A DNA stretch of 54,794 nucleotides from an uncultured bacterium. Its GTDB lineage: Bacteria > Ratteibacteria > UBA8468 > B48-G9 > JAFGKM01. The stretch is taken from NCBI GenBank assembly GCA_964408175.1, contig CAYOYL010000057.1, forward strand, positions 1 to 54,794, written 5' to 3'. Both the position numbers and the translations under genes were made by a program. Below the pieces are notes generated by a model that had not been told where the DNA came from, searched no databases, and saw nothing but the letters and a program-made list of their open reading frames with translations. This document shows positions 45,657 through 53,634 of this stretch, in pieces. Within the stretch, counting starts at the first letter, position 1. Every line of letters begins with the position of its first letter.

Positions 45657-47228
45657 TTATTGGTGTTTGTATAACAGATATGCCTCATCTGGCACTGATG
45701 TTATAATACCCTCTTTCTGGATATCCCTCTGAAACCTTTCGGTTTCCCGGGCAAACTCCTTAAAAGACATCCCGTTTATTTTATAAGGCAGGGGTTCCCA
45801 GTAACTTGGAGGGAAGAGACTCTTTATCTGGTAGGTCATCATTCTCAAAGGATAAGCCTTTCTGTCCTCCATTGTAAAGTTAAACCTTTCCGGCGTTTTA
45901 AACCACTGAGTCCCAGGATATATACCTGAGAACTGTACAAGTGCTGAGTCAGGTCTTACCTCTCTTATAAAATTTATCGTTTTTTCCCTGCTCTTTTCGG
46001 TTTCAAAGGGAGCAGGATATATCAAACTGACCACCGTGAATATACCCGCAGACCTACATCTCTGCAGAACCTTTTTAGCCGATTCAATGTCAATCTTCTT
46101 GTTCATACCCTCTTTCAGTATCTCTTCATCAGCGGACTCTATCCCGAAAAAAATTGATTCGCAGCCGGACTGCTTCAATAGATTAAAGTCTGTATCAGTA
46201 TCAGTCACGAGACCAAAACTTGAATACCTGACGCTGATTTTTTCATCAATTATCCTTTTCGCCACCTCCATCATAAGACCTGAAGGGGTACTTGAACCTG
46301 CATACCTGAAAAGGTTGAATCCATACCTTTCCCTCCCATGCTTTATCTCCTCTATTATCCTGTCAGCAGATTTTTCTCTCCTCTTACCGCTCTTTACCGG
46401 ATGTATGCAAAAATAACAACTGTTGGGACACCCGCGACTCTCGTCCAGAACGAGCATCTTCAGTTTCTTATCTATGTTAAGGTAGACATCCGGCGTATAA
46501 ACGGGCAGGGGCAGTTTATCAAGTTTATCTACATACTTTCTCCTGGTCTTTACAATAGTTCCATCCCCATTTTTAAAAATAATGTTCGGTATATCTTCCA
46601 GTCTCTCTTTGCCCTGTACATAATTGTACAGCAGTTTTATTGTCTCCTCCCCTTCTCCATAGCACAGCGCGTCAAAAAAACCTCCGACCTTGTAAATCTC
46701 CTGTCCAAAAATGTCCACCTGTGGTCCGCCACCGATAATCTTCAGTTCAGGATACCTCTCTTTAAGATATCTACCTGCTTTAATGGACCACATAAAACCG
46801 TCCCCTGCCCACAGTTTAAAACCGATGCATCCTATATTTTCCTCCTTTATAAGGTCAGCAAGATACACATTAAATCTTTCGGAGAAAACATTCTTCCTCT
46901 TTTCAAGAGAGTTGCTCACTGACCTAAGCCGTATTATATCCAGCAGAGAGGGTTTCTTCCCCTCAATAAACACCTTATGCGAAAACTTTCCAAGAAATCC
47001 TGATATTCTGTCTGTAAAAACCTCTGAAAAGAGAGAGGGCTGGTTTATATCCAGTATCTTCACCTTACAACCTTCTTCTATCAAAGAAGCGGCGAGAATA
47101 GCCAGTCCATTATCGGGGATAAAACTGGAGATTATGTTGGGAAGCCCTGCAGCAGATACCAGCAAAAAATTTTCTTTCATAGTTTGTATTATACAAAAAT
47201 GTACAGTCCCCTGCAAATTTTTTCTCAC
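45657..47228 (-). CDS. B12-binding-domain radical SAM protein, 3' end clipped by the IS
   Basis: The N-terminal Rossmann-like B12-binding region (LKIIGGGPQ) is followed by ESRGCPNSCYFCIHP (CxxxCxxC). The last sense codon (CAA) and the TAA stop lie inside the IS right inverted repeat. An alternative start at 47180 (MKENF) is possible. Confidence 0.8.
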   Translation of the reverse strand: MRKNLQGTVHFCIIQTMKENFLLVSAAGLPNIISSFIPDNGLAILAASLIEEGCKVKILDINQPSLFSEVFTDRISGFLGKFSHKVFIEGKKPSLLDIIRLRSVSNSLEKRKNVFSERFNVYLADLIKEENIGCIGFKLWAGDGFMWSIKAGRYLKERYPELKIIGGGPQVDIFGQEIYKVGGFFDALCYGEGEETIKLLYNYVQGKERLEDIPNIIFKNGDGTIVKTRRKYVDKLDKLPLPVYTPDVYLNIDKKLKMLVLDESRGCPNSCYFCIHPVKSGKRREKSADRIIEEIKHGRERYGFNLFRYAGSSTPSGLMMEVAKRIIDEKISVRYSSFGLVTDTDTDFNLLKQSGCESIFFGIESADEEILKEGMNKKIDIESAKKVLQRCRSAGIFTVVSLIYPAPFETEKSREKTINFIREVRPDSALVQFSGIYPGTQWFKTPERFNFTMEDRKAYPLRMMTYQIKSLFPPSYWEPLPYKINGMSFKEFARETERFQRDIQKEGIITSVPDEAYLLYKHQ

Positions 47229-47297
47229 ATCCCTTCAAAAACTCTTATTAAGAAATATAAAGATGCAACATCCCATTATGAAATGAATCCGTCATTT

Positions 47298-47316
47298 TCT
47301 GAATGGTATCTTCAGA
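47298..47316. promoter_or_regulatory. Perfect palindrome TCTGAA-N7-TTCAGA, candidate enhancer-binding-protein site
   Basis: Centred ~66 bp upstream of the -24 element. The half-site TTCAGA recurs at 47352-47357, next to GCTGAC. Confidence 0.35.
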
Positions 47317-47371
47317 TTGAGGTTATTATTAATTTATACAGGCTGACATTTTTCAGAGATATTCTGGCAGT

Positions 47372-47387
47372 TGGCACACTTTTTGCA
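47372..47387 (+). promoter_or_regulatory. Sigma-54 promoter (TGGCAC-N5-TTGCA)
   Basis: TGGCACACTTTTTGCA matches the -24/-12 consensus exactly, with correct GG-to-GC spacing. It sits ~27 nt upstream of the FadL-like ATG, with GGAGG in between. Confidence 0.75.
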
Positions 47388-47413
47388 CATAATATAATGG
47401 AGGTGCGACCAAA

Positions 47414-48625
47414 ATGGGAAAAAAATGTAAATTGCTTTTTTTGTGGAGGTTGGTATCTATTATTATGTTTTTGTTTTTCAATGTTTCTTTAATCCTTGCG
47501 CAGGGATTTAAAAATCCGCCGGAAGGAATCTCTGCCCTTTCGCAGGCAGGTGCCTTTATCGCACAGTGCGATGATGCCTCAGCCGTCTCCCACAACCCTG
47601 CAGGATTAGCACAGATTGAGGGAGAGCAGATAATGTTTGGCAGTGTATTCCTTTATCCAACCACCTCATATAAAAACGGGGGGAGTGAAGATGCAGTATC
47701 CAACATGGCCTACCTGCCCTTTATCTATTATGCAACAAATATGGGCAGAGAAAATCTAAGATTCGGCATAGGTCTCTCCTCACCATACGGACAGGCAACA
47801 GAGTGGAGTGACGACGTTATAAAAAATTGGGGTGTCAATCTTATAACCGGGACATACACCATCCCTTATTACTCTTCAATGCAGACGATTAACGCCTCCC
47901 CTGTCCTTGCATATAAATTCACTCCGCAGTTTTCTGCCGGTCTTGGGCTGAATCTTTACTACAGCAAACTGGGCGTAAATTATTTAACTCTGGCAGATAT
48001 GCCCGCCAAGATAGAGACGGCTGGTACAGGACTCGGAGGCATACTCGGGCTGCTGTACAAAGAAAAAAACTACAGCATCGGGTTCAACTATAAAAGCGGT
48101 TTTGACATTGACTATGACGGGAACTTCAAGGTTCCGGGAGTTTTGAAAACGGATGCATCATTAGAGATGAAATACCCGCAGATAGCAGGAATCGGTCTTG
48201 CCGTCTATCCTAACCAGAAGATGAAGATTGAGTTTGATGCGGAATGGACGGACTATTCCTGTTTAGAAAAAATCCCGGTTGACATAACAGGTGTTACTTC
48301 CTACGATGTTCCAAAAAAGTGGAAGGATTGCTATATGTTTTCACTCGGGACAGAATACAAAAAATCTGAGAGTATAAAATTAAGAGGCGGCATTGCCTAC
48401 CTCACAAACCCTGTCCCTGATTCAACGTGGGACCCGAGCCTGCCGGCCTCTGACAGTATCGTGGTTGTAGTGGGAGGTGAATCCCTAAGCAGATTTGGCA
48501 GTTTCAGCCTCTCTCTCGGCGCAAACATTTACAGGGAAAGGAAGTTAGAAAAAGGAGAATTATACGATGGGAAATACAGGTCAACAGGATACTTTTGCAC
48601 ACTCGGATACAAAAAATCGTTTTAG
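47414..48625 (+). CDS. Outer-membrane hydrophobic-compound channel (FadL/TodX/OmpP1 family)
   Basis: Signal peptide, then the N-terminal hatch motif GFKNPPEGISALSQAGAFIAQCDDASAVSHNPAGLA. Alternating beta-strand pattern and a C-terminal aromatic residue (KKSF). Confidence 0.8.
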   Translation: MGKKCKLLFLWRLVSIIMFLFFNVSLILAQGFKNPPEGISALSQAGAFIAQCDDASAVSHNPAGLAQIEGEQIMFGSVFLYPTTSYKNGGSEDAVSNMAYLPFIYYATNMGRENLRFGIGLSSPYGQATEWSDDVIKNWGVNLITGTYTIPYYSSMQTINASPVLAYKFTPQFSAGLGLNLYYSKLGVNYLTLADMPAKIETAGTGLGGILGLLYKEKNYSIGFNYKSGFDIDYDGNFKVPGVLKTDASLEMKYPQIAGIGLAVYPNQKMKIEFDAEWTDYSCLEKIPVDITGVTSYDVPKKWKDCYMFSLGTEYKKSESIKLRGGIAYLTNPVPDSTWDPSLPASDSIVVVVGGESLSRFGSFSLSLGANIYRERKLEKGELYDGKYRSTGYFCTLGYKKSF

Positions 48626-49748
48626 TACTGATGATGTAAAAGAAACCATTCTGGTCATTGATGATGAACTGGGACCGAGAGAATCTCTGAGGATGCTGTT
48701 CAAGGATGACTACCATGTTATTACCGTAGAAAACGGAGATGAAGGCATTGCAGCCCTGAAAGAAAACAATCCAGATGTGGTCATTCTTGACCTTAAGATG
48801 CCCGGGAAAAACGGTATTGAAACATTTGAAGATATAAGAGACATTGATGAAAAGGTCCCCGTAATAATACTGACAGGCTATGGGGATATGGATGCTGCAA
48901 AAAAAGCGATACACCTGGGTGCTCTTGAGTTTATAAACAAACCCTTTGATATAAAAGAGATGCGGAGTATTGTAAGAGAAGCCTGTGAAAAAATATCTAT
49001 TGAAAAACGCTCGGAGAGGTTGATTTATCAACTGAATACACTGAACAACAGCCTGAAGGAACGGATGGAACAGCTTGAAAATATGGCGACAATAGGACAG
49101 TTTTCTGCAGAAGTTATACACGAGATTAACAATATGCTTACGGTTATTTACGGATATGCTCAGATTCTTATGAGTGAGATAGACAAGGGCAGCCTGCAGA
49201 ACGGGAATAAAAAATATATAAGCATTATAGAGAATGAGATAAAGCGGTGCAGAAACATAACAAAAAGCGTGATTGAACTGGCAAGGACAAAGATGGATAA
49301 AAAAGATGTCAATATCAACAGTATTATAGATAAAATAGTGGAACTGTTTGAAAACTCCAACATCGCAAAAGAGGTAAGGTTCATAACTGAATACGACAGA
49401 AGTTTACCCGACATCAAGGCAGACCCAAACCAGATACATCAGGCAATAATCAATGTCGTGCTCAACAGCATTCAGGCAATAGACTCAGATGGTCAGATTG
49501 TCATAAAAACCTCCATTAATGGAACCAGCCTGTCTGTTTCTATAAAAGACAACGGCAGGGGTATGACCGAGGAAACAATCAGTAGAATAACCGAGCCTTA
49601 TTTTACAAACAACAAAAAGGATGGAACAGGACTGGGACTTTCCATAACAAACAGGGTAGTAAAAAACCATAACGGCAGAATAGAAATCAGAAGTGAACTG
49701 AGCAAAGGGACTGAATTTATTATCTACCTACCTCTTACGGAGGTATGA
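48567..49748 (+). CDS. REC-HisKA-HATPase hybrid histidine kinase
   Basis: REC (ILVIDDE, VVILDLKMPG, INKPF), H-box EVIHEINNMLTVI, N-box VVLNSIQA, G1 DNGRGM, G2 GTGLGLSI. AAGGAG RBS. Overlaps the porin gene by 59 nt. Confidence 0.85.
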   Translation: MGNTGQQDTFAHSDTKNRFSTDDVKETILVIDDELGPRESLRMLFKDDYHVITVENGDEGIAALKENNPDVVILDLKMPGKNGIETFEDIRDIDEKVPVIILTGYGDMDAAKKAIHLGALEFINKPFDIKEMRSIVREACEKISIEKRSERLIYQLNTLNNSLKERMEQLENMATIGQFSAEVIHEINNMLTVIYGYAQILMSEIDKGSLQNGNKKYISIIENEIKRCRNITKSVIELARTKMDKKDVNINSIIDKIVELFENSNIAKEVRFITEYDRSLPDIKADPNQIHQAIINVVLNSIQAIDSDGQIVIKTSINGTSLSVSIKDNGRGMTEETISRITEPYFTNNKKDGTGLGLSITNRVVKNHNGRIEIRSELSKGTEFIIYLPLTEV

Positions 49749-50960
49749 GTTGAGTATTCCCTGTTGATGCCTGTATTTATTTACCGTCCTGACAGAAATT
49801 TTTATACCATCCTTTGTAAGTTTTTTAACAATCTGTCTGTCAGAAAGAGGTTTCCCTTCCTTCCACAGTATATCTTTTATCCTGTCAATAATAAAGTGCT
49901 TGCTTATAGAATCTCCCACGCTCCCTGAGAAAAAACTTCTCATTTTCATAAATCCTGCAGGTGTTTCCAAATACTTTCTGTTAACCGCGCGGCTTATGGT
50001 AGAAATACTCACGCCCCTTCTCTCCGCTATATCTTTCTCCCTTAAAGGTAAAAGGCTTCCACCCTCAAGATACTTCTTCTGATATTCCACAATCTCCTGA
50101 AAGACATCCGTGAGAAACCTGTGCCTCTCGGAAAGAATCCTCAAAAGAGTTCTTGCCTGCTCCAGTTTCTTCCTGAGAAATCTACGTTCTCTGGCAGAAA
50201 TCAACGGATTTTCAGCCTCCTTCTCGTACAGGGCATTTATCTTGAGAAGCGGATACATCTTCTCATCAAGGTAAACCCTGAAGTGCCCCCTTTTTTTAAC
50301 CACCCTTCCCTCTGGCATTATATAACGGGCAGTCTTCTTAAATAGACCTCTCAGGGGTGCGGAAGTAAATTTTTTTAGATTCTCTATTTCCTTCCTGACA
50401 TCAGAAACGTCAATGTGCAGACCGCCGCTTATTTTCTTGTGTTCTCTCTTTACAACTGCCTGCCAGTAGTCCCTTACAATCAGGTAAAGGATTGAGTCCT
50501 TATCTAAATATCTCTCAATCTGTAAAAGCAAAGACTCCTGCAGGTCTCTTGCACCAAGTCCTGCAGGCTCAAGAGACTGGACAATCTTTAAAGCATCTTC
50601 AACCTTCCTTTCTCCGGTTCCCAAAACCCTGACAATCTCGGAAAGAGGCTTTCTAAGGTATCCGTCTTCATCAAGGTTTTCTATTATGTACTCCCCTATT
50701 TTTAACATCTCTTTTGAATCCGTTGAAAGACGCAGATTGTGTACCAACTGGTCAAAATATGCATTGTCATCAGGAACGTCAGAGGCTACAAATCCTGTCT
50801 CTTTCAACTTCTCAAACTCCAGAAAGGGGTTTGACTCAGCCTGCTTCTTTACAAAATCCACCACCTCAAAAAACGGCATGTTCACAAGACTCAGGAATAA
50901 CTGCTGCCTCGGAGCAAGCAGCAGTCTGTGTTGAAGTTTTGTTTCTACCTTAATCTGCAT
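49728..50960 (-). CDS. rpoN: RNA polymerase sigma-54 factor
   Basis: Region I MQIKVETKLQHRLLLAPRQQLFLSL, a C-terminal HTH, and the RpoN box ISVRTVNKYR. Start set at 50960 (GGAGG 7 nt upstream). ~410 aa, so region II is short. Confidence 0.9.
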   Translation of the reverse strand: MQIKVETKLQHRLLLAPRQQLFLSLVNMPFFEVVDFVKKQAESNPFLEFEKLKETGFVASDVPDDNAYFDQLVHNLRLSTDSKEMLKIGEYIIENLDEDGYLRKPLSEIVRVLGTGERKVEDALKIVQSLEPAGLGARDLQESLLLQIERYLDKDSILYLIVRDYWQAVVKREHKKISGGLHIDVSDVRKEIENLKKFTSAPLRGLFKKTARYIMPEGRVVKKRGHFRVYLDEKMYPLLKINALYEKEAENPLISARERRFLRKKLEQARTLLRILSERHRFLTDVFQEIVEYQKKYLEGGSLLPLREKDIAERRGVSISTISRAVNRKYLETPAGFMKMRSFFSGSVGDSISKHFIIDRIKDILWKEGKPLSDRQIVKKLTKDGIKISVRTVNKYRHQQGILNSYLRKR

Positions 50961-51051
50961 TGTCATCCCTCCATATAGATTATTACCTTTCTTCCCCTTT
51001 TTTTCAACCCCCATTCCATGCCGGGGATGAAACGGGGAAATCTGAAAAGGG

Positions 51052-51080
51052 TTGCCTTAAAAATTCTGATGGTGTAAAAT
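51052..51080 (+). promoter_or_regulatory. Putative sigma-70 promoter (TTGCCT-N17-TAAAAT) ending 6 nt before the nth ATG
   Basis: The spacing implies a leaderless or near-leaderless nth mRNA. No SD is present. Confidence 0.35.
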
Positions 51081-51086
51081 AGTTGT

Positions 51087-51719
51087 ATGGACAAAAGAAT
51101 AGATAAAATCATACAGATACTGGAAAAGGAGTATCCCTCGGCAAAAACGGAACTGAGGTTTTCAACCCCCTTTCAGTTACTTGTGGCTACGATACTGTCC
51201 GCACAGACCACAGACACTACAGTTAATAAGATAACGCCCTCCCTTTTTGAAAGATACCCTGACCCGGGAAGTATGGCAGAAGCTCCTCTTTATAACATAA
51301 AACAGGCAATAAGGTCTGTAAACTACTACAACAACAAGGCATTCAATATAAAAAAACTTTCACAAATACTCGTCAAGGAGTTCAAGGGAGAAACACCCGA
51401 CACAATGGAAGACCTTATAAAACTGCCGGGTGTGGCAAGAAAAACCGCCAACGTCCTGCTTTCACAGGCATTCGGCAAGACTGAAGGCATCGTGGTAGAC
51501 ACCCACGTGAAACGGCTGAGCGAAAGGCTGGGATTGAGTAAACAAAAAACGCCAGAAAAGATTGAAATTGACCTTATGAAAAACATACCGAGGGAGAAAT
51601 GGATTTCATTCCCTTATGCACTGATAACTCACGGCAGAAAGGTATGTAATGCCAAAAAACCTCTCTGTCCCATCTGTCCGCTGGCAAAACTATGTCCTTA
51701 TTCAGACAAAACAAGATGA
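51087..51719 (+). CDS. nth: Endonuclease III
   Basis: HhH motif LPGVARKTANVL and the 4Fe-4S ligand pattern C-x6-C-x2-C-x5-C (CNAKKPLCPICPLAKLC). Confidence 0.93.
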   Translation: MDKRIDKIIQILEKEYPSAKTELRFSTPFQLLVATILSAQTTDTTVNKITPSLFERYPDPGSMAEAPLYNIKQAIRSVNYYNNKAFNIKKLSQILVKEFKGETPDTMEDLIKLPGVARKTANVLLSQAFGKTEGIVVDTHVKRLSERLGLSKQKTPEKIEIDLMKNIPREKWISFPYALITHGRKVCNAKKPLCPICPLAKLCPYSDKTR

Positions 51720-52483
51720 TACATATAATAAAAACTAAAATTGAGTTGTTCCTGCTCCTTATCCTGATATCCGGATGTACAATTACAGTAGGCACGACAT
51801 CCAGAAATACATCAGGCACTTCAGAATATACCTACCACTATGTACGAAGGGGTGAAAACCTTTTCAGAATCTCCAGATATTACTATGATACTGAGTCGGT
51901 CAAAGCCATCAATGCAGGTATTGAAAAAATCATAAAAGCCAATAACATCAGGCCAGAACAGATATCTGTGGGACAGAGACTGTTAATCCCGGGGACAACG
52001 AAAAAACAGCCTTCTGACCCCCTCCTTCCACCTACAACTACTCCACCTGTTATTGAACCTCAGGTGAGCCCTACAGAACAGAGACCGGCAGAAGAATTCC
52101 ACCCTATGATAACGGATAAGGCATTCATATGGCCCGTCACAGGAAAGGTCACCTGCGGGTTTGGAGAACTTGACAACCAGGGAATAGATATACTTGCCAA
52201 ACCAGGGGCAGATATTCTGGCGGCAGACAGCGGCAGTGTGGTCTTTTCCGGCACAACGCCAAAGTACCAGGAAACTATTATTCTGGAACACCAGGACAGC
52301 ATCTATACGGTCTATGGACATGACCTTGAAATTCTTGTCAAACAGGGGGATGCAATCAAAAAAGGCGACACCATAGGTAAGGTTAAAAGCGGCACACACA
52401 GGATAAGATACCTGCATTTTGAGATAAGAATTGACAACGTGGCGGTTAATCCGCTTGTTTACCTGCCGGAGCAGCAGAACTAA
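51716..52483 (+). CDS. LysM-domain M23 metallopeptidase lipoprotein
   Basis: Lipobox LISGC, LysM (YHYVRRGENLFRISRYY), a Pro-rich linker, and M23 motifs (YTVYGH, HLHFEIR). Start chosen at the ATGA overlap with nth. Confidence 0.85.
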   Translation: MIHIIKTKIELFLLLILISGCTITVGTTSRNTSGTSEYTYHYVRRGENLFRISRYYYDTESVKAINAGIEKIIKANNIRPEQISVGQRLLIPGTTKKQPSDPLLPPTTTPPVIEPQVSPTEQRPAEEFHPMITDKAFIWPVTGKVTCGFGELDNQGIDILAKPGADILAADSGSVVFSGTTPKYQETIILEHQDSIYTVYGHDLEILVKQGDAIKKGDTIGKVKSGTHRIRYLHFEIRIDNVAVNPLVYLPEQQN

Positions 52484-52484
52484 A

Positions 52485-53627
52485 ATGGGAAATATGGAGA
52501 ACCCGAATCTTGCAGAATATGCAGTAAGTTCTTCTGAAACCAAGGGAAGAAGGTATCCTGAAACAGAACATCCCTTGAGAACCCCGTTTCAGCGTGACAG
52601 GGACAGGATAATACACTCCACGGCATTCCGACGCCTTGAGTACAAAACGCAGGTCTTCATATACTACGAAGGTGACTACTACAGGAATCGTCTTACCCAT
52701 ACCCTTGAGGTCCAGCAGCTGGCAAGGACCGTCGCAAGGGTTCTGAATGTCAACGAAGACCTCGTTGAAGCCATATCTCTTGCCCACGACCTCGGGCATA
52801 CCCCCTTCGGTCACAAGGGAGAAAACGTCCTTGACGAGATTATGAAAGAACTGGGATATGAAGGGTTTGAACACAACAGCCACGGACTGAAGGTCGTTGA
52901 CGAAATTGAAAGAAGGATATCAAAATATCCCGGTCTTAACCTTACCTATGAGGTCCGTGAAGGGATAATAAGACACACCACAAGTTATGACGTCCCAAGA
53001 AGGAAAGGGATGGAAGAATTTACGCAGTTCCCATCTCCATCCGTAGAGACACAGATAGTAAGCCTGTGCGATGAAATTGCCTATACCTGCCATGACCTTG
53101 ACGACGGAATAAAATCCGAAGTGATAAAAACCAGTGCTCTCAAGCACATTGTTCTGTGGAAAGAGGTTGAAGAGATGAGCAAAGACAACTCCACCGACCT
53201 TGGACTAAAGAGAAGGCTTATGGTCAGAAACTTTATAAACTATCTCGTAAGCGACCTTGTTGAACAGAGCAGGAAAAACATTAAAAACTCCGCGGTGAAG
53301 AATGTGGAAGAAGTAAGAAAATCCAACTCCTATTTAATATCACACTCCGAGGCGATGAAAACAAAACACACTGAACTGAGAAAATTCCTTGAAGACAATA
53401 TGTACTTTCACTACAGGGTAATAAGGATGGCACAAAAAGCCGCAAGAGTTATAAGAGACCTTTTTTATGCATATCTTGCAGAACCCAGACAGATGCCTCC
53501 GGGGACTCAGACAAGACTGGAGAAGGAGCCGAAAGAGATAGTGATATGTGACTATATCGCCGGGATGACTGACCGTTTTGCCCATCTTGAACACCAGAAA
53601 CTTTTTGACCCGCATATCTCCGTATAA
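52485..53627 (+). CDS. dgt: dGTP triphosphohydrolase-like HD-domain protein
   Basis: RTPFQRDRDRIIHSTAFRRLEYKTQVF, HDLGHTPFGH, and C-terminal DYIAGMTDRFA. Confidence 0.88.
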   Translation: MGNMENPNLAEYAVSSSETKGRRYPETEHPLRTPFQRDRDRIIHSTAFRRLEYKTQVFIYYEGDYYRNRLTHTLEVQQLARTVARVLNVNEDLVEAISLAHDLGHTPFGHKGENVLDEIMKELGYEGFEHNSHGLKVVDEIERRISKYPGLNLTYEVREGIIRHTTSYDVPRRKGMEEFTQFPSPSVETQIVSLCDEIAYTCHDLDDGIKSEVIKTSALKHIVLWKEVEEMSKDNSTDLGLKRRLMVRNFINYLVSDLVEQSRKNIKNSAVKNVEEVRKSNSYLISHSEAMKTKHTELRKFLEDNMYFHYRVIRMAQKAARVIRDLFYAYLAEPRQMPPGTQTRLEKEPKEIVICDYIAGMTDRFAHLEHQKLFDPHISV

Positions 53628-53634
53628 GATAAAA

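Larger units (their letters stand above)
43402..45662 (+). mobile_element. Intact IS element (2261 bp, IS4-superfamily DDE transposase plus small upstream ORF)
   Basis: Terminal inverted repeats CAATGATTTCTGATTAAGG (43402-43420) and the reverse complement of 45644-45662 match at 18 of 19 positions. They are flanked by the 8 bp direct repeat GTGTTTGT (43394-43401 and 45663-45670). Confidence 0.9.

Noticed and set aside
45492-45674. 60 aa ORF (HPHPDPLPSRERDKD...) in the IS right arm.
   Set aside because: It is a translation of the GC-rich hairpin repeat, a known type of spurious peptide. It also runs across the IS inverted repeat.
49728-49748. Convergent 3'-end overlaps: rpoN with the REC-kinase (21 nt), and lysC with the radical SAM gene at 28226-28239 (14 nt).
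   Set aside because: Short convergent overlaps are common in compact genomes. There is no evidence here of antisense regulation.
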